In this document: one piece after another, positions 9,589 to 20,255 of the stretch | Numbering within the stretch: the stretch's first letter is position 1 | Layout: each line of letters starts with the position of its first letter | From: an uncultured Desulfohalobiaceae bacterium | Lineage (GTDB): Bacteria; Desulfobacterota; Desulfovibrionia; Desulfovibrionales; Desulfothermaceae | Length of the DNA stretch: 64,000 nucleotides | NCBI GenBank assembly: GCA_964562725.1 | Contig: CAZLUR010000001.1 | Span: 34,301 to 98,300, forward strand | Reading direction: 5' to 3' | Notes under the pieces: generated by a model | The model's database searches: none | What the model was told of the DNA's origin: nothing | The model's input: only the letters and a program-made list of their open reading frames with translations | Translations under genes and position numbers: made by a program

Positions 9589-10578
9589 TCACAGCTCCGG
9601 GTGCTTGATCTTGTCCAGGATGGTATGGGCCAGCTCCAGCGCTTGGAGTCCATCCTCCCCAGTGACTAAAGGCTGGGTATCTTTTTGCACTGCCAGGGCA
9701 AACTCCTGCAACTCCTTTTGCAATGAGTTTACCTCTGGGCTGGGCGGGTTTTGCAGGATCACCTGCCTGGCATTTTCTCCGTTGCCAATCTGACCCAGAA
9801 CCAGGGCATCAGCCCCGCAGTCCTGTTTTTCTCCAGAGTCTAGGGAGATGATCTGGCTTTTTTGTTCCAAGAAATCTATCCCGATATAGCAGTTCTTCTG
9901 GAAGATGCGCATCTTGCGCATATCCTTTGTAGAGATGCGGCTGGAGGTCAGGTTGGCTACGCTGCCGTTGGCAAAACCAAGCCTGACATTGGCTATGTCT
10001 TCCCCTTCCGAGACCACTGAGACCCCACAGGCCTGTATTGAAACCAGTTCGCTTTGCGCCAGATGCAGGATAATATCCAAATCATGGATCATCAAATCCA
10101 GGATGACACTGACATCCGTGCCCCGAGGATTATAGCGGCAAAGCCTGTGGCATTCCACGAATAAGGGCTGAATATGCATGTCCTTGAGGCAAAGAAATGC
10201 AGGGTTAAAGCGTTCAATATGCCCCACTTGAAGTTTTTTGCCCTTTTTCCTGGCCAGCTGGTTGATTTCTCGGGCTTCCTTAACTTGGTAGGCCATTGGC
10301 TTTTCAATGAACAAATGGCAGTCTTGTTCCAGGGCCTGCATGGCTACAGGGAAGTGGGCTGCAGTGGGCACCACAATGCTCACTGCCTCCACTTGCTGCA
10401 ACAATTCCTGGGCTGAAGAGAAAGCCAAAGTCCCGAATTGTTCTGCTACTAAGCGGCACCTGATCCGGTCTTGATCATGGATGCCCACCAGGTTGATTTC
10501 TTCTATTTTTGAGGCCAATTTGGTATGGATTCGGCCCAGATAGCCCACACCGATTATACCCAGGGATAGTTTGCGCAT
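9589..10578 (-). CDS. Gfo/Idh/MocA family NAD(P)-dependent oxidoreductase (adjacent to lpxB)
   Basis: LGIIGVGYLGRIHTKL Rossmann N terminus and EKPMA motif. Its start abuts the lpxB stop. Confidence 0.8.
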   Translation of the reverse strand: MRKLSLGIIGVGYLGRIHTKLASKIEEINLVGIHDQDRIRCRLVAEQFGTLAFSSAQELLQQVEAVSIVVPTAAHFPVAMQALEQDCHLFIEKPMAYQVKEAREINQLARKKGKKLQVGHIERFNPAFLCLKDMHIQPLFVECHRLCRYNPRGTDVSVILDLMIHDLDIILHLAQSELVSIQACGVSVVSEGEDIANVRLGFANGSVANLTSSRISTKDMRKMRIFQKNCYIGIDFLEQKSQIISLDSGEKQDCGADALVLGQIGNGENARQVILQNPPSPEVNSLQKELQEFALAVQKDTQPLVTGEDGLQALELAHTILDKIKHPEL

Positions 10579-11868
10579 CTAGCCCACCTCCTGTGTAATG
10601 GGCAGATGGTTTGCAGCCTGCAGCTCATTTAAGATGATGCTGGCGCTGGTTTGGGAGGCCTTGCTTTGGCCCAGCAAGTATTGCAAGGCGTCCAACTTGG
10701 TTCTTATTTTTTCTGCCTTATGCGGATGCTGCAGCCAGTCCAAAGCCTGGGCAGCCAATTTCGGACCGCTGACTGCAGACTGGATAAATTCAGGATAGAC
10801 CTGAGATTGCAGGATCAGATTAGGGATGCTGATATATGGGACTTTGATGAACATTCTGCCCACCAGATAGCTGATCCAGGAAAGCCTGTAGGCTACTATG
10901 GCCGGGACTTGCAGCAGGGCGCATTCCAGACTGGCTGTGCCTGAGGCGGTGATCACCAGTGCGCAGGATTTGATCTGGGGATAGCGGCTGGAAAATGGGA
11001 TCAGATCGCAGGGCAAGTCAGTAGGCCAGTGTCTGTGCAACAGTTCAGAGGGCACAGCCGGGGCCTGGATAAGTTTGAACCTGGCCTGGGGCCTATGGCT
11101 GTGGATGATCCTGGCCGCAGAGGCAAATCTGGGCAGCAAGGAGGAGACTTCCTTGTTTCTGCTGCCCGGCAGGATGCCTATTGTCTCTGCTTGTGGTTCT
11201 ATTTGCTCCAGATCCATCTTTTCCATTTGCTGCAAAATGGGGTGGCCCACAAACTCAACATCAATGCCGTAGTCGATGAAGAATTGTTTTTCAAAGGGCA
11301 AGATGCATAAAATCTTGCGTATATATTTTTGCAGGAATTTGACCCGGTTTTTGCGCCAGGCCCAGACCTGGGGACTTATATAATAATAGACTGGTAAACC
11401 CATTTTGAAAGCTATTTTAGCCAGGTGGAAATGGAAGTCCGGGGCGTCTATAAGCACTATGGCCAGAGGCGGATCTGTTTGCAGGGACTTTTTTATCCTT
11501 TTGTAGAGCAGAAAAACCTTGGGCAGTTTGGACACGGCTTCAGTCAGGCCCACGATGGATAGTTCCTCCGCCCTGTACAAGGCCTGAAAATTCTGTCTGC
11601 GCATCTGGGCCCCGCCCATGCCAAGACAGCGCAGTCCGGGAGCCTGCTCTTGCAGGGCCTGAACCAGCCTGGCCCCGTGCATGTCTGCCGAGGTCTCTGC
11701 TGCACTGATCCAAATGCTGGGTCTTGGCTCCAGGTCTTGCACCTTTAGCCTAGTTATAGGCAGTTTCAGGGGCCTTGGAATTTTGGGCCGGGTTCCTGAG
11801 ATAGGCTGCTCTTGGCAATTAGAAGCAATACAAGCTGCACTTGGGGTTTTAAGTCCAGGCCGGGGCAC
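10579..11868 (-). CDS. lpxB: Lipid-A-disaccharide synthase
   Basis: IWISAAETSADMHGARLVQAL matches the LpxB N-terminal motif (ISAGE.SGD.HGA), with a GT-B fold downstream. The maximal ORF is given. The true start is probably GTG at 11742 (VQDLEPRPSIWIS), which gives about 387 aa. Confidence 0.85.
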   Translation of the reverse strand: MPRPGLKTPSAACIASNCQEQPISGTRPKIPRPLKLPITRLKVQDLEPRPSIWISAAETSADMHGARLVQALQEQAPGLRCLGMGGAQMRRQNFQALYRAEELSIVGLTEAVSKLPKVFLLYKRIKKSLQTDPPLAIVLIDAPDFHFHLAKIAFKMGLPVYYYISPQVWAWRKNRVKFLQKYIRKILCILPFEKQFFIDYGIDVEFVGHPILQQMEKMDLEQIEPQAETIGILPGSRNKEVSSLLPRFASAARIIHSHRPQARFKLIQAPAVPSELLHRHWPTDLPCDLIPFSSRYPQIKSCALVITASGTASLECALLQVPAIVAYRLSWISYLVGRMFIKVPYISIPNLILQSQVYPEFIQSAVSGPKLAAQALDWLQHPHKAEKIRTKLDALQYLLGQSKASQTSASIILNELQAANHLPITQEVG

Positions 11869-11931
11869 TGTTTTTAGCTCATGCAGTCAAGACGGGCTGC
11901 TAATCACTGTTTATTTAGACCCTTCATTGAA

Positions 11932-14145
11932 TTACCTGCCATCCTGATTTCTGCCCCGGGGAGGCCTGGGGCCTCTTCTGTCCCCTGAACGGGGCTTATT
12001 GCCTCTGGGACCGGGCTCGTCCTGGAACTCTTCCCCTCTTTCTTCCATCAACACTGCCTTGCGGCTGAGCCGGATTTTACCACTGCCTTGTTCAATCTCA
12101 ATGACCTTGACCTGGATCAAATCTCCAAGATTCAAGGCTTCATGTATATTTTCCACACGCTTGGTGTCTAGCTGGGAGATGTGCATCAAGCCCTCTACTC
12201 CAGGCAGAATCTCCACAAATGCCCCAAAATCCTTGATGCTTTTGACCTTGCCTTGGTAGGTCTGGCCTACTTCTGCTTTCTGATCGTAGAATAAGATCAT
12301 GTCTACAGTTTCTTGCAAAGAAGCGTTGTCTGGAGCAAATATGGAGATCTTCCCGCTGTCCTCGATATCTATGGAGGCGCCGGTGGCCTTGGTGATAGCC
12401 CGGATATTCTTGCCACCCGGACCGATGACATCCTTGATACGTTCGGTATCCACCTCAATGATTTTGAGCTGCGGGGCGTGTTCTGAAAGGCTTTGTCTGG
12501 GCCTGTCCAACTTCTTGCCCATTTGTTCCAGGATGTGCAATCTGGCCTCTTTGGCCTGGTACAGCGCCTTTTGCAGGATATCTTCTGGAATTCCTGCAAT
12601 CTTGATATCCATTTGAATCCCGGTGATGCCCTCCCTGGTGCCTGCCACCTTAAAGTCCATGTCTCCCAGGTGGTCTTCGTCGCCCAGAATATCGGTCAAG
12701 ATGTAGTACTGGCCCTGTTCCTGAATCAAACCCATGGCTACGCCAGCCACCGGGCCTCTAACCGGTACGCCTGCGTCCATCAGGGACAAGCTGCCTGCAC
12801 AGACTGTGGCCATGGATGAAGATCCGTTGCTTTCCAGAATTTCAGAGACTATGCGTATGGTGAAGGGGAATTCCTCTGCTGAAGGCAAGATGGGCTGCAG
12901 GGACCTTTCAGCCAGGGCGCCATGCCCGATTTCCCGGCGGGCCGGCCCGCGCATCATCTTAACTTCGCCTACGCAATAAGGCGGAAAATTGTAATGCAGC
13001 ATAAACCTCTTGCTTTGCTCTCCAATCAAGGTCTCTACATGTTGCTCGTCCCGGGTACCTCCCAGAGTAGTCACGCCTAAGGCCTTGGTCTCTCCGCGAC
13101 CAAAAATTGCCGAGCCGTGCACTCGGGGCAGACAACCAACTTCTATGTCAATATTCCTGACCTCTTGCAGGTTCCGGCCGTCGATACGCACCTGCTTTTT
13201 GCAGATCCAGGACCTAACGATTTCAGCTTCAAGTTCTTTGAGCAGCTCAGGTATGTTTTTCAGTCTTTGCTGGTCATCCAGGCCTTGTTCCTGCAGGGTT
13301 TCGATAAGTTTATTCCTGGATTGTTCCAGGGCCTCCTTACGCCTGGTCTTGTCCTTAGTCTGCAGCGCTTCCTGCAGTAAAGGCCGGCCAAGAGTACGCA
13401 CCTTTTCCTGCAGCTCCAGGTCAGGCGGCACTGCTGGCACCTGGATTTTGGGCTGTCCAGCCTTTTGTCTGATTTCATCCTGCATAGCGAGCAGGGGCTG
13501 GATCTTTTGCTGACCCCAGGAAATGGCTTGGGCCATGATCTCTTCTGAGGCGAACTCGGCCTGGCCTTCCACCATGACCACGGCATTTTTCGATGCAGCC
13601 AGGATCAGATTGATTTGACTGTGGGCAAGCTGGGCCTGGTTTGGGTTGAAGATGAAATGTCCGTCCACATAAGCTACCCTGCCTGCAGCTATGGGACCCA
13701 GAAAAGGTATCTTGGATACGTGCAGGGCAGCCGAGGCTCCGGTGATGGCCAGCATGTCCGGGTCATTGTCTGGTTCTGCCGAGAGCACTGTAGCTATGAT
13801 CTGCACTTCCTGGCGGAAATTCTCCGGGAACAAAGGGCGCAGCGGGCGATCTATCATGCGGGAAACCAGTGTCTCCCGTTCGCTGGGCCGGCCGATTTCT
13901 CTACGGAAGTAGCTGCCAGGTATGCGGCCACTGGCGTAAGACATCTCTTGGTAATCCACGACCAGGGGCATGAAGTCCAGTTCTCTTTGGGAGGGTTGGG
14001 TCACAGCTGTAACCAGCACCACGGTGTCACCGCTTTGGACCCAGATTCCTCCATGGGCCTGGTTGGCCAGTTTGCCAGTTTCCAGCAGGTATTCCTGGTT
14101 TTCGATGCGAGTAGCGACCTTGATGCTATTGGACATATTGCTCAT
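11932..14145 (-). CDS. pnp: Polyribonucleotide nucleotidyltransferase (PNPase)
   Basis: Two RNase PH domains, KH and S1 domains and a basic Arg/Gly tail; 737 aa; follows rpsO. Confidence 0.95.
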   Translation of the reverse strand: MSNMSNSIKVATRIENQEYLLETGKLANQAHGGIWVQSGDTVVLVTAVTQPSQRELDFMPLVVDYQEMSYASGRIPGSYFRREIGRPSERETLVSRMIDRPLRPLFPENFRQEVQIIATVLSAEPDNDPDMLAITGASAALHVSKIPFLGPIAAGRVAYVDGHFIFNPNQAQLAHSQINLILAASKNAVVMVEGQAEFASEEIMAQAISWGQQKIQPLLAMQDEIRQKAGQPKIQVPAVPPDLELQEKVRTLGRPLLQEALQTKDKTRRKEALEQSRNKLIETLQEQGLDDQQRLKNIPELLKELEAEIVRSWICKKQVRIDGRNLQEVRNIDIEVGCLPRVHGSAIFGRGETKALGVTTLGGTRDEQHVETLIGEQSKRFMLHYNFPPYCVGEVKMMRGPARREIGHGALAERSLQPILPSAEEFPFTIRIVSEILESNGSSSMATVCAGSLSLMDAGVPVRGPVAGVAMGLIQEQGQYYILTDILGDEDHLGDMDFKVAGTREGITGIQMDIKIAGIPEDILQKALYQAKEARLHILEQMGKKLDRPRQSLSEHAPQLKIIEVDTERIKDVIGPGGKNIRAITKATGASIDIEDSGKISIFAPDNASLQETVDMILFYDQKAEVGQTYQGKVKSIKDFGAFVEILPGVEGLMHISQLDTKRVENIHEALNLGDLIQVKVIEIEQGSGKIRLSRKAVLMEERGEEFQDEPGPRGNKPRSGDRRGPRPPRGRNQDGR

Positions 14146-14287
14146 AAATGCAGTTTTTCCTATTAGTTAAAGATAATGTATCAGGGCAACACCCTGGCAG
14201 AGCTGGTCTTAATACACAGAACTGGTCATATTGTCCTGGATGCAGGGCAAGTTTTTGCTTTGCTCCTGCCGGGATCCCGCCCCCAGG

Positions 14288-14557
14288 CTATTTGCGCAGA
14301 TTGAGTTTGCCAATAATGTCCCGGTAGCGGTGGACATCTTTTTTGCGCAGGTAATTAAGCATCTTTCTGCGTTGTCCCACCAGCTTGAGTAAACCGTTTC
14401 TGGAATGAAAATCCTGTTTATGCTCCTTGAAGTGCTCAGTGAGATAGGTAATCCTGTGCGTAAGCAAGGCAATTTGCACTTCTGGAGAACCTGTATCGTT
14501 TTCGTGCTGTTTGTGGTTTGCAATGATTTCCTTTTTTTTATCCACAGTCAGTGCCAC
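14288..14557 (-). CDS. rpsO: 30S ribosomal protein S15
   Basis: [36 protein letters not shown]; 89 aa. Confidence 0.95.
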   Translation of the reverse strand: MALTVDKKKEIIANHKQHENDTGSPEVQIALLTHRITYLTEHFKEHKQDFHSRNGLLKLVGQRRKMLNYLRKKDVHRYRDIIGKLNLRK

Positions 14558-14614
14558 AGCGATTCCTCCTTGTCCTTATTGTTTGTGGTTTTACAAAAGC
14601 GGCGCTTTATGATC

Positions 14615-15565
14615 CTAGAGCCTGCTGTGGGCAGAGGCAAAACCGCGCAGGATTTCCCAGAACGGTGTCTGGCTGCCGGCCTGGGCCTGAACCAGGGCTA
14701 CAGGCTGTTCCCTCCAGTTCAAGAACAAGGCCTTGGTCCCTGGAGGACAGGATTCTCCCCCTGCAGTGTCTTGCAGTCTGAGCTTGCAGCCTTGCATCAC
14801 CTGTCTGGCCTGTTCATTTTGGAGATAAATTTTGGGCCAGTGGGCTAGAGCCTCTGCAATGCTGAACAACCGGGATTCCAAATGTTGCGGCTCTTGCAGG
14901 ATCTCTTGCAGGCTGTAAGCCTGCTGCAGGCCAAATGGAGGGCAGGCCTCCCTGAGCAGATCTGTAAGGACCGCGCCGCAATTCAAGCGCTTCCCCAGGC
15001 TGTGGGCCAGGGAGCGGATAAAGGTCCCTGCGGAGCAGGCGACCCGGAAACGTACTTCTGGTAAGCATAGGTCCAAAACCTGAGCTTGGTCAATAGCAAT
15101 TTGTTTATATTTTTCAGGGGGCTCCTTGCCCTGTCTTTTTAGTTTGTAAAAGGCCTGGCCCTGGTGTTTGGCAGCAGAATAGGCAGGGATCTGCTGAGTA
15201 TGCAAAGCTCTCCAAGACTCGATTTCCTGCTGCAAATCCTCTGGACGCACATGCCGCCACTCATAGCGGGCCAAAACCTGGCCCTGGATGTCAAAGGTAT
15301 CAGTTTCCAGCCCCAGCCTCAGGCAGCCTTGGTAAATCTTTTGTCCTGCAGTCAGAAAAGGGGACAGCTTGGTGCCTTGGCCCAGCAGGACCAGCAAAAC
15401 CCCGCGGGCCATGGGGTCCAACGTTCCAGCATGCCCGATCTTTTTTTGCTGCAGTACGCCTTTTATCTTCTGCAGGCACGCTGCAGACGTAGGTCCTTGG
15501 GGCTTATCCAGGACTAAAAGTCCGTCTGGCTGTCTGGAATTGGTTTTTGTGTTTTGCAACGTCAT
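14615..15565 (-). CDS. truB: tRNA pseudouridine(55) synthase TruB
   Basis: GLLVLDKPQGPTS and GHAGTLDPMARGVL. I chose ATG 15565 (MTLQNTK...) because the longer ORF start at 15643 would overlap the upstream gene. Confidence 0.9.
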   Translation of the reverse strand: MTLQNTKTNSRQPDGLLVLDKPQGPTSAACLQKIKGVLQQKKIGHAGTLDPMARGVLLVLLGQGTKLSPFLTAGQKIYQGCLRLGLETDTFDIQGQVLARYEWRHVRPEDLQQEIESWRALHTQQIPAYSAAKHQGQAFYKLKRQGKEPPEKYKQIAIDQAQVLDLCLPEVRFRVACSAGTFIRSLAHSLGKRLNCGAVLTDLLREACPPFGLQQAYSLQEILQEPQHLESRLFSIAEALAHWPKIYLQNEQARQVMQGCKLRLQDTAGGESCPPGTKALFLNWREQPVALVQAQAGSQTPFWEILRGFASAHSRL

Positions 15566-15632
15566 GAAATATATAATGTCCCTGCTGGCCTGTATCTGGC
15601 CAGCAGTGTCAATAAACCTATTTTTACCAGCA

Positions 15633-16628
15633 CTAGCAGCCACCTTCTGCAGTGATGAACTGTTCTGTTTGTGTATTCAGTGTGTGATCCAGTACCTGTA
15701 GAATGCGTGCTAGGGCCTGTTTCATGCTCAAGGGCAGCTTGCCCCCTGCTGCATTGCGATGACCTCCGCCGCCAAGCTGCATGGCAACAGCGCTGACGTC
15801 CACTTCTCCCCAGGAACGTAGGCTAAACTTGATATTTTCCTGTTCCTGCAACAGGCTGACTGCAACTATTACGCCGCGGATCTGGCGCATATAATTTACC
15901 AGGCCCTCAAAGTCCTCAGAAGTTGCCTGAAAGCGGCGCAGGATCTCACTGTCCGCAGTGATTATCCCTGCCTTGCCCTGCAGGTAAAGCCCGGCTCTCT
16001 GCATGGCCATGCCGTGCGCTTGGACTTTGCGCAGGGACCATTGCCTCTGCATACGGGCATTGAAGCTGTCCAAATCCAGGCCAGAGGCCACAATTTGCGC
16101 AGCAATCTGCAAGGTGCTGCCCCGGGTATTGCTGTAAGTAAATGACCCTGTATCAGTGACCAGAGCCAGGTACAGGGATTCTCCCAATTCCAGGTTCAGC
16201 TCCAGGCCCAGATCCAGGGCAAGACAGGCCACCATTTCCCCTACTGAGGATTTTTTCGTCTCCACCCAGTTAAGTTGCCCAAAATGTGGATTGCCCAGAT
16301 GGTGATCAATATTGATCACTTGCATGAAGGCCAGCGTTTGGGACAGCTCCGGACCCAAACGCTGCTCATTGCCGCAATCCAGGGCAATTAGCCACTCGGG
16401 CCAGCTGTGTTCCGGGCTCTGGAGGATAGGAGCAGGCGGATTCAGCCAGGCAAACCTTTCAGGCAGGCCTTGTTTAGAGTACAACCCAAAGCGTTTACCC
16501 AGGCGCTTCAGGATATGGCCCAGGGCAAACATGGAGCCAATAGCATCCCCGTCTGGATCCAGATGGGAGGCGAGCAGGAAATTATCCTCCCGGGCCAGAA
16601 TTTCAGCTATTTCTTTCCGGGCCTGCAT
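15633..16628 (-). CDS. nrnA: DHH/DHHA1 phosphoesterase, NrnA-like oligoribonuclease/pAp phosphatase
   Basis: HLDPDGDAIGS, NIDHHLGN and GGGGHRNAAGG motifs. I chose internal ATG 16628 (MQARKEIAEIL...). Confidence 0.8.
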   Translation of the reverse strand: MQARKEIAEILAREDNFLLASHLDPDGDAIGSMFALGHILKRLGKRFGLYSKQGLPERFAWLNPPAPILQSPEHSWPEWLIALDCGNEQRLGPELSQTLAFMQVINIDHHLGNPHFGQLNWVETKKSSVGEMVACLALDLGLELNLELGESLYLALVTDTGSFTYSNTRGSTLQIAAQIVASGLDLDSFNARMQRQWSLRKVQAHGMAMQRAGLYLQGKAGIITADSEILRRFQATSEDFEGLVNYMRQIRGVIVAVSLLQEQENIKFSLRSWGEVDVSAVAMQLGGGGHRNAAGGKLPLSMKQALARILQVLDHTLNTQTEQFITAEGGC

Positions 16629-16953
16629 AAATTGTCTCCTCCAGAAATTCGTCCCATTGAAAGCGCAAACTGGGAACATGTCGCAGGTGCAGTCTCTTGC
16701 CCAGCCTGGTACGCAGATATCCCTGTGCTTTGTGCAAAACCATCTCCACTTCCAGTCTTCTGCCGGGCTCTCCACCGTGGGTATACAAGACCTCGGCTAC
16801 ACTGAGATCTTTGTTCAATCTGACACCGCTTATGGTCACCAGCTCTAATCTGGGGTCCTGGACTTCTTCAATCAAGATACTGCCCAGTTCGACCATGATG
16901 AACTCTTCCAGCCTTTGAGACCTGCGGGAGCTTGCCTTGCGCATAACATTCAC
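16603..16953 (-). CDS. rbfA: Ribosome-binding factor A
   Basis: DPRL..VTI..V.L..DL..A.V and LRHVP.L.F..D; positioned downstream of infB. Confidence 0.88.
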   Translation of the reverse strand: MNVMRKASSRRSQRLEEFIMVELGSILIEEVQDPRLELVTISGVRLNKDLSVAEVLYTHGGEPGRRLEVEMVLHKAQGYLRTRLGKRLHLRHVPSLRFQWDEFLEETIYAGPERNS

Positions 16954-16971
16954 CTCCCGGGACCGGATGGC

Positions 16972-17259
16972 TTAGGCCCCGAAAATTTCCGTGGAGACAT
17001 CCAGGATCTCTTCTGTATTACTGGCTTCAATCTGGCTGAGCACCTTGCTCAAGGTGCTTTGGATATGTTTGGTCTCGTTGGAGACCATGATCACAGCCAG
17101 CACCAAGGACTGCAGGCTCTCCAGATCCTCGATCTCGGCTACAGATACGTTGAATTTATAGCGCACCTTGTCTTTGAGCTTACTAGAGATGCTCCTTTTT
17201 TCTTTTTTTGAAAACACGGCGTGCAGACGGAATTCAATGCGCAGTGTGCCGATCAGCAT
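16972..17259 (-). CDS. DUF503 family protein (YlxP-like)
   Basis: A 95-aa ORF in the conserved slot between infB and rbfA. MLIGTLRIEFRLHAVFSKKEKRSI is typical of DUF503. Confidence 0.7.
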   Translation of the reverse strand: MLIGTLRIEFRLHAVFSKKEKRSISSKLKDKVRYKFNVSVAEIEDLESLQSLVLAVIMVSNETKHIQSTLSKVLSQIEASNTEEILDVSTEIFGA

Positions 17260-17363
17260 GTCAAAATGATCCTTTGGGCGCTTAAACCAAGGGCAAAAAG
17301 TTTTGCAGCAGGCTTACTGGACGTTATCCAGGCAAAAATAATATTTGATCAGGCCTGGGACTA

Positions 17364-19979
17364 TTATTCCAGGCTGGCCTTTTCCTGCACTTCCTCGAAG
17401 GCTTCGATGATGTCTCCAATCTTGATATCGTTGAAATTCTGCAAACCTGCTCCGCATTCGTATTCCTTACTCACTTCTTTGACATCCTCCTTGAACCTCT
17501 TCAGGGAGTTCAGCTTGCCGCTATAGATGACCACTCCCTCCCGGAGCAAGCGGATGCCGGCATTTCGCCTTAACTTTCCGTCCAGGACGTAACACCCGGC
17601 TATTGTGCCTGCCTTGGGCACATTAAATGTTTCCCTGACTTCAGCCTGACCCAGGTAGATTTCTCTGGTTACAGGTTCCAGCATGCCAGCCATGGCCTCT
17701 TTGACATCGCTGACCAGCTGGTAGATGATGTTGTAGAATCTGATTTCTACGCCTTCTTGTTCAGCGATGTCCTTGATTCTGGAGGTGGGGCGTACATTAA
17801 AGCCTATTAATACCGCAGATGAGGCATTGGCCAGCTTAATGTCTGATTCTGTAATTGCGCCGATGCCGCCGTGCACAATGTTGACCTTGACTTCTTCCGT
17901 GGAGAGCTTTTGTACAGAATCCGAGACCGCTTCCAGGGAACCGTGCACGTCTGCCTTGAGCACCAGGTTCAGAGTCTTGATCCCTTCCTGGGCCTTGGCT
18001 GCAAAAAAGCTCTCCAAAGTGACTTTGGTCTCCTTGGCCAGCTCTTTTTCCCGGTGCTTGCTCAAGCGTTCTTCTGCGATACGCTTGGCTAATTTGTCGC
18101 TTTCGACCACTACGAACTCATCCCCGGGGTTGGGCACGCCTTCGAAACCCTGTACTTCCAGGGGCATGGCTGGCCCAGCGTGGTCTATTTTGGCCCCGGT
18201 GTCGCTGAAAAGGGCGCGGGCCTTACCATGGTATAGACCGCAGACAAAGGCATCTGCAGTGTGTAAAGTACCTTCCTGGATAAGCACTGTACCCACTGGA
18301 CCTCGGCCTTTGTCCAGCCTGGATTCCACTATATGGCCCCTAGCCCGTTTGTTCGGATTGGCCTTGAGTTCCAGAATCTCAGCCTGCAAAAGCAGCATCT
18401 CCAGCAGGTAATCCAATCCTTCATGGTTTTTCGCAGATATATGGCAAAAAATGGTGTCTCCGCCCCATTCTTCGGAGATTAAGCCCTGGTCAGCGAGTTC
18501 CCTTTTAACCCTTTCCAGGTCAGCGTTTTCCTTATCGATCTTGTTTATGGCCACCACAATGGGCACGCCTGCAGCCCGAGCGTGGTTGATGGCCTCTTTG
18601 GTCTGGTCCATTACTCCGTCGTCTGCAGCAACGATTAAGATGACTATATCCGTGACCTGGGCCCCTCTGGAACGCATTTCAGTGAAGGCTTCGTGGCCCG
18701 GGGTATCCAAAAAAACAATGGATCCTGTACTCCTTTGCACGTGGTAGGCCCCGATATGCTGGGTAATACCTCCGGCCTCCTGGGCTGTGACATGGGATTC
18801 GCGTATTGCGTCCAGCAGGGAGGTCTTGCCGTGGTCTACATGACCCATAATGGTCACTACTGGAGGTCTTGGCTGCAGCTCTTCCTGTTTATCCTCTTTT
18901 TGAGGCAAGATGAACTCTTCCTCTGAAAAGCCCACATCCTCAACTTCATATCCAAATTCCGCAGCTACCAAAGTGGTGGTGTCCAGGTCCAGGGACTGGT
19001 TGATAGTGGCCATGACGCCCAGGCTAAGCAGGGATTTGATGATGTCCTGGGCCTTGATGCCCATTTCCTGGGCCAGCTCCGAGACCCTGATGGCCTCTTC
19101 CATCTTGATCTTCTTCTTGCTGGCCCTTAAGGGCTGTGGTTTGGGCTGAGGCGGTGCCTGGGGAGGTTTGTGCTCCCTGCCTGGGGCAGGCCTTTTCCTG
19201 CGTTGAAGCTTGCCTCCGCTTTTTTCCTTAACCTCTGTTTGTTTGGTTTTTTTCCATTCAAGCTTGTCCTTGCGCTGGTCTGTTTCTTCGTACAGGGCAG
19301 AGACATCCACAACTCTTTTGTCTTTTTTGCCTTTTTTCTTGACCGCAGGTTTGCTTTCTCCCTCTGGCAAGGCTGGTTCTTCAGCTTTAGGAGCCGCAGT
19401 GGCCTGGGCCTGCTGTTCAGGCTCGGGCTCTGGCCTGGAAATAATTGTCACCGATGGTGCAGCCTGCTTTTTTTTGGTCTTTTTCTTGCGCCCGGGCTTT
19501 GTGGGGGACTTTTTTTCCCGCTCTTGCACTGCTTTTTCCAGGGACTCTTCCTGACTGGTCTCCAGGCTAGCTTGTTTTGCAGTACTGGATTTTGTCTGGT
19601 CCAAAGAGATTTCCGCCTGTTCGGAGCCTTGCTCTGCTGCCTGCCCAGAATCTGTCTCTGTACTGGGTGCGGCATGCACAGGACTTTCCAAGCGGTCTTC
19701 TTTTGGCAAGGCTGACTGAGCCTCTGGCTCTTTGTGCGTGGTCTGGCGTTCCCTTCTGCGCCTGCGGACAATGACTCCTGAGGCAGTGAGGGTATCTCTG
19801 GCCTGCTTTTGTTTTGGGCCGGAGTTTATCTTATTGCGGACCAAATCCACCTGCTCCTGGTTTAAGCCGCTCATATGGCTCTTGACCTGGATATTCTCCT
19901 GTCTCAAGATATGTATGAGTTCTTTGTTGGAGATGCCCAACTCGGCTGATAATTCTCTTACCCTCATTGTAATGCTCAT
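17364..19979 (-). CDS. infB: Translation initiation factor IF-2
   Basis: Lys/Pro/Glu-rich N-terminal region, then the GTPase domain ([24 protein letters not shown]); 871 aa. Confidence 0.95.
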   Translation of the reverse strand: MSITMRVRELSAELGISNKELIHILRQENIQVKSHMSGLNQEQVDLVRNKINSGPKQKQARDTLTASGVIVRRRRRERQTTHKEPEAQSALPKEDRLESPVHAAPSTETDSGQAAEQGSEQAEISLDQTKSSTAKQASLETSQEESLEKAVQEREKKSPTKPGRKKKTKKKQAAPSVTIISRPEPEPEQQAQATAAPKAEEPALPEGESKPAVKKKGKKDKRVVDVSALYEETDQRKDKLEWKKTKQTEVKEKSGGKLQRRKRPAPGREHKPPQAPPQPKPQPLRASKKKIKMEEAIRVSELAQEMGIKAQDIIKSLLSLGVMATINQSLDLDTTTLVAAEFGYEVEDVGFSEEEFILPQKEDKQEELQPRPPVVTIMGHVDHGKTSLLDAIRESHVTAQEAGGITQHIGAYHVQRSTGSIVFLDTPGHEAFTEMRSRGAQVTDIVILIVAADDGVMDQTKEAINHARAAGVPIVVAINKIDKENADLERVKRELADQGLISEEWGGDTIFCHISAKNHEGLDYLLEMLLLQAEILELKANPNKRARGHIVESRLDKGRGPVGTVLIQEGTLHTADAFVCGLYHGKARALFSDTGAKIDHAGPAMPLEVQGFEGVPNPGDEFVVVESDKLAKRIAEERLSKHREKELAKETKVTLESFFAAKAQEGIKTLNLVLKADVHGSLEAVSDSVQKLSTEEVKVNIVHGGIGAITESDIKLANASSAVLIGFNVRPTSRIKDIAEQEGVEIRFYNIIYQLVSDVKEAMAGMLEPVTREIYLGQAEVRETFNVPKAGTIAGCYVLDGKLRRNAGIRLLREGVVIYSGKLNSLKRFKEDVKEVSKEYECGAGLQNFNDIKIGDIIEAFEEVQEKASLE

Positions 19980-19982
19980 GCT

Positions 19983-20255
19983 TTATTTCCCCCTACACTT
20001 CTTCTGCCAGGCCCGGAACTTGTATATTTTGGACCGGCAATCAGCTGAGCAAACATAAAAGCCTCTTCCAGTCAATGTCTTGCTTTTGTCCTGGAGCAGG
20101 TGCTGCCCATCAGCATCATGTCTGCAGACAAAGCGCATCAAGTTTGCCTTGGGCTGCTTTTGCCTGCAGATCATGCATGTTCTGTAGGCGATGTGCTTTG
20201 GTTTATACATGGACCCCTGGGTCAAACAAGGACTCTTAATGTTCTGATTCCTCAT
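19983..20255 (-). CDS. ylxR: YlxR/RnpM family RNA-binding protein (DUF448)
   Basis: RTCMICRQKQPKANLMRF and GRGFYVC; sits between nusA and infB. Confidence 0.8.
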   Translation of the reverse strand: MRNQNIKSPCLTQGSMYKPKHIAYRTCMICRQKQPKANLMRFVCRHDADGQHLLQDKSKTLTGRGFYVCSADCRSKIYKFRAWQKKCRGK

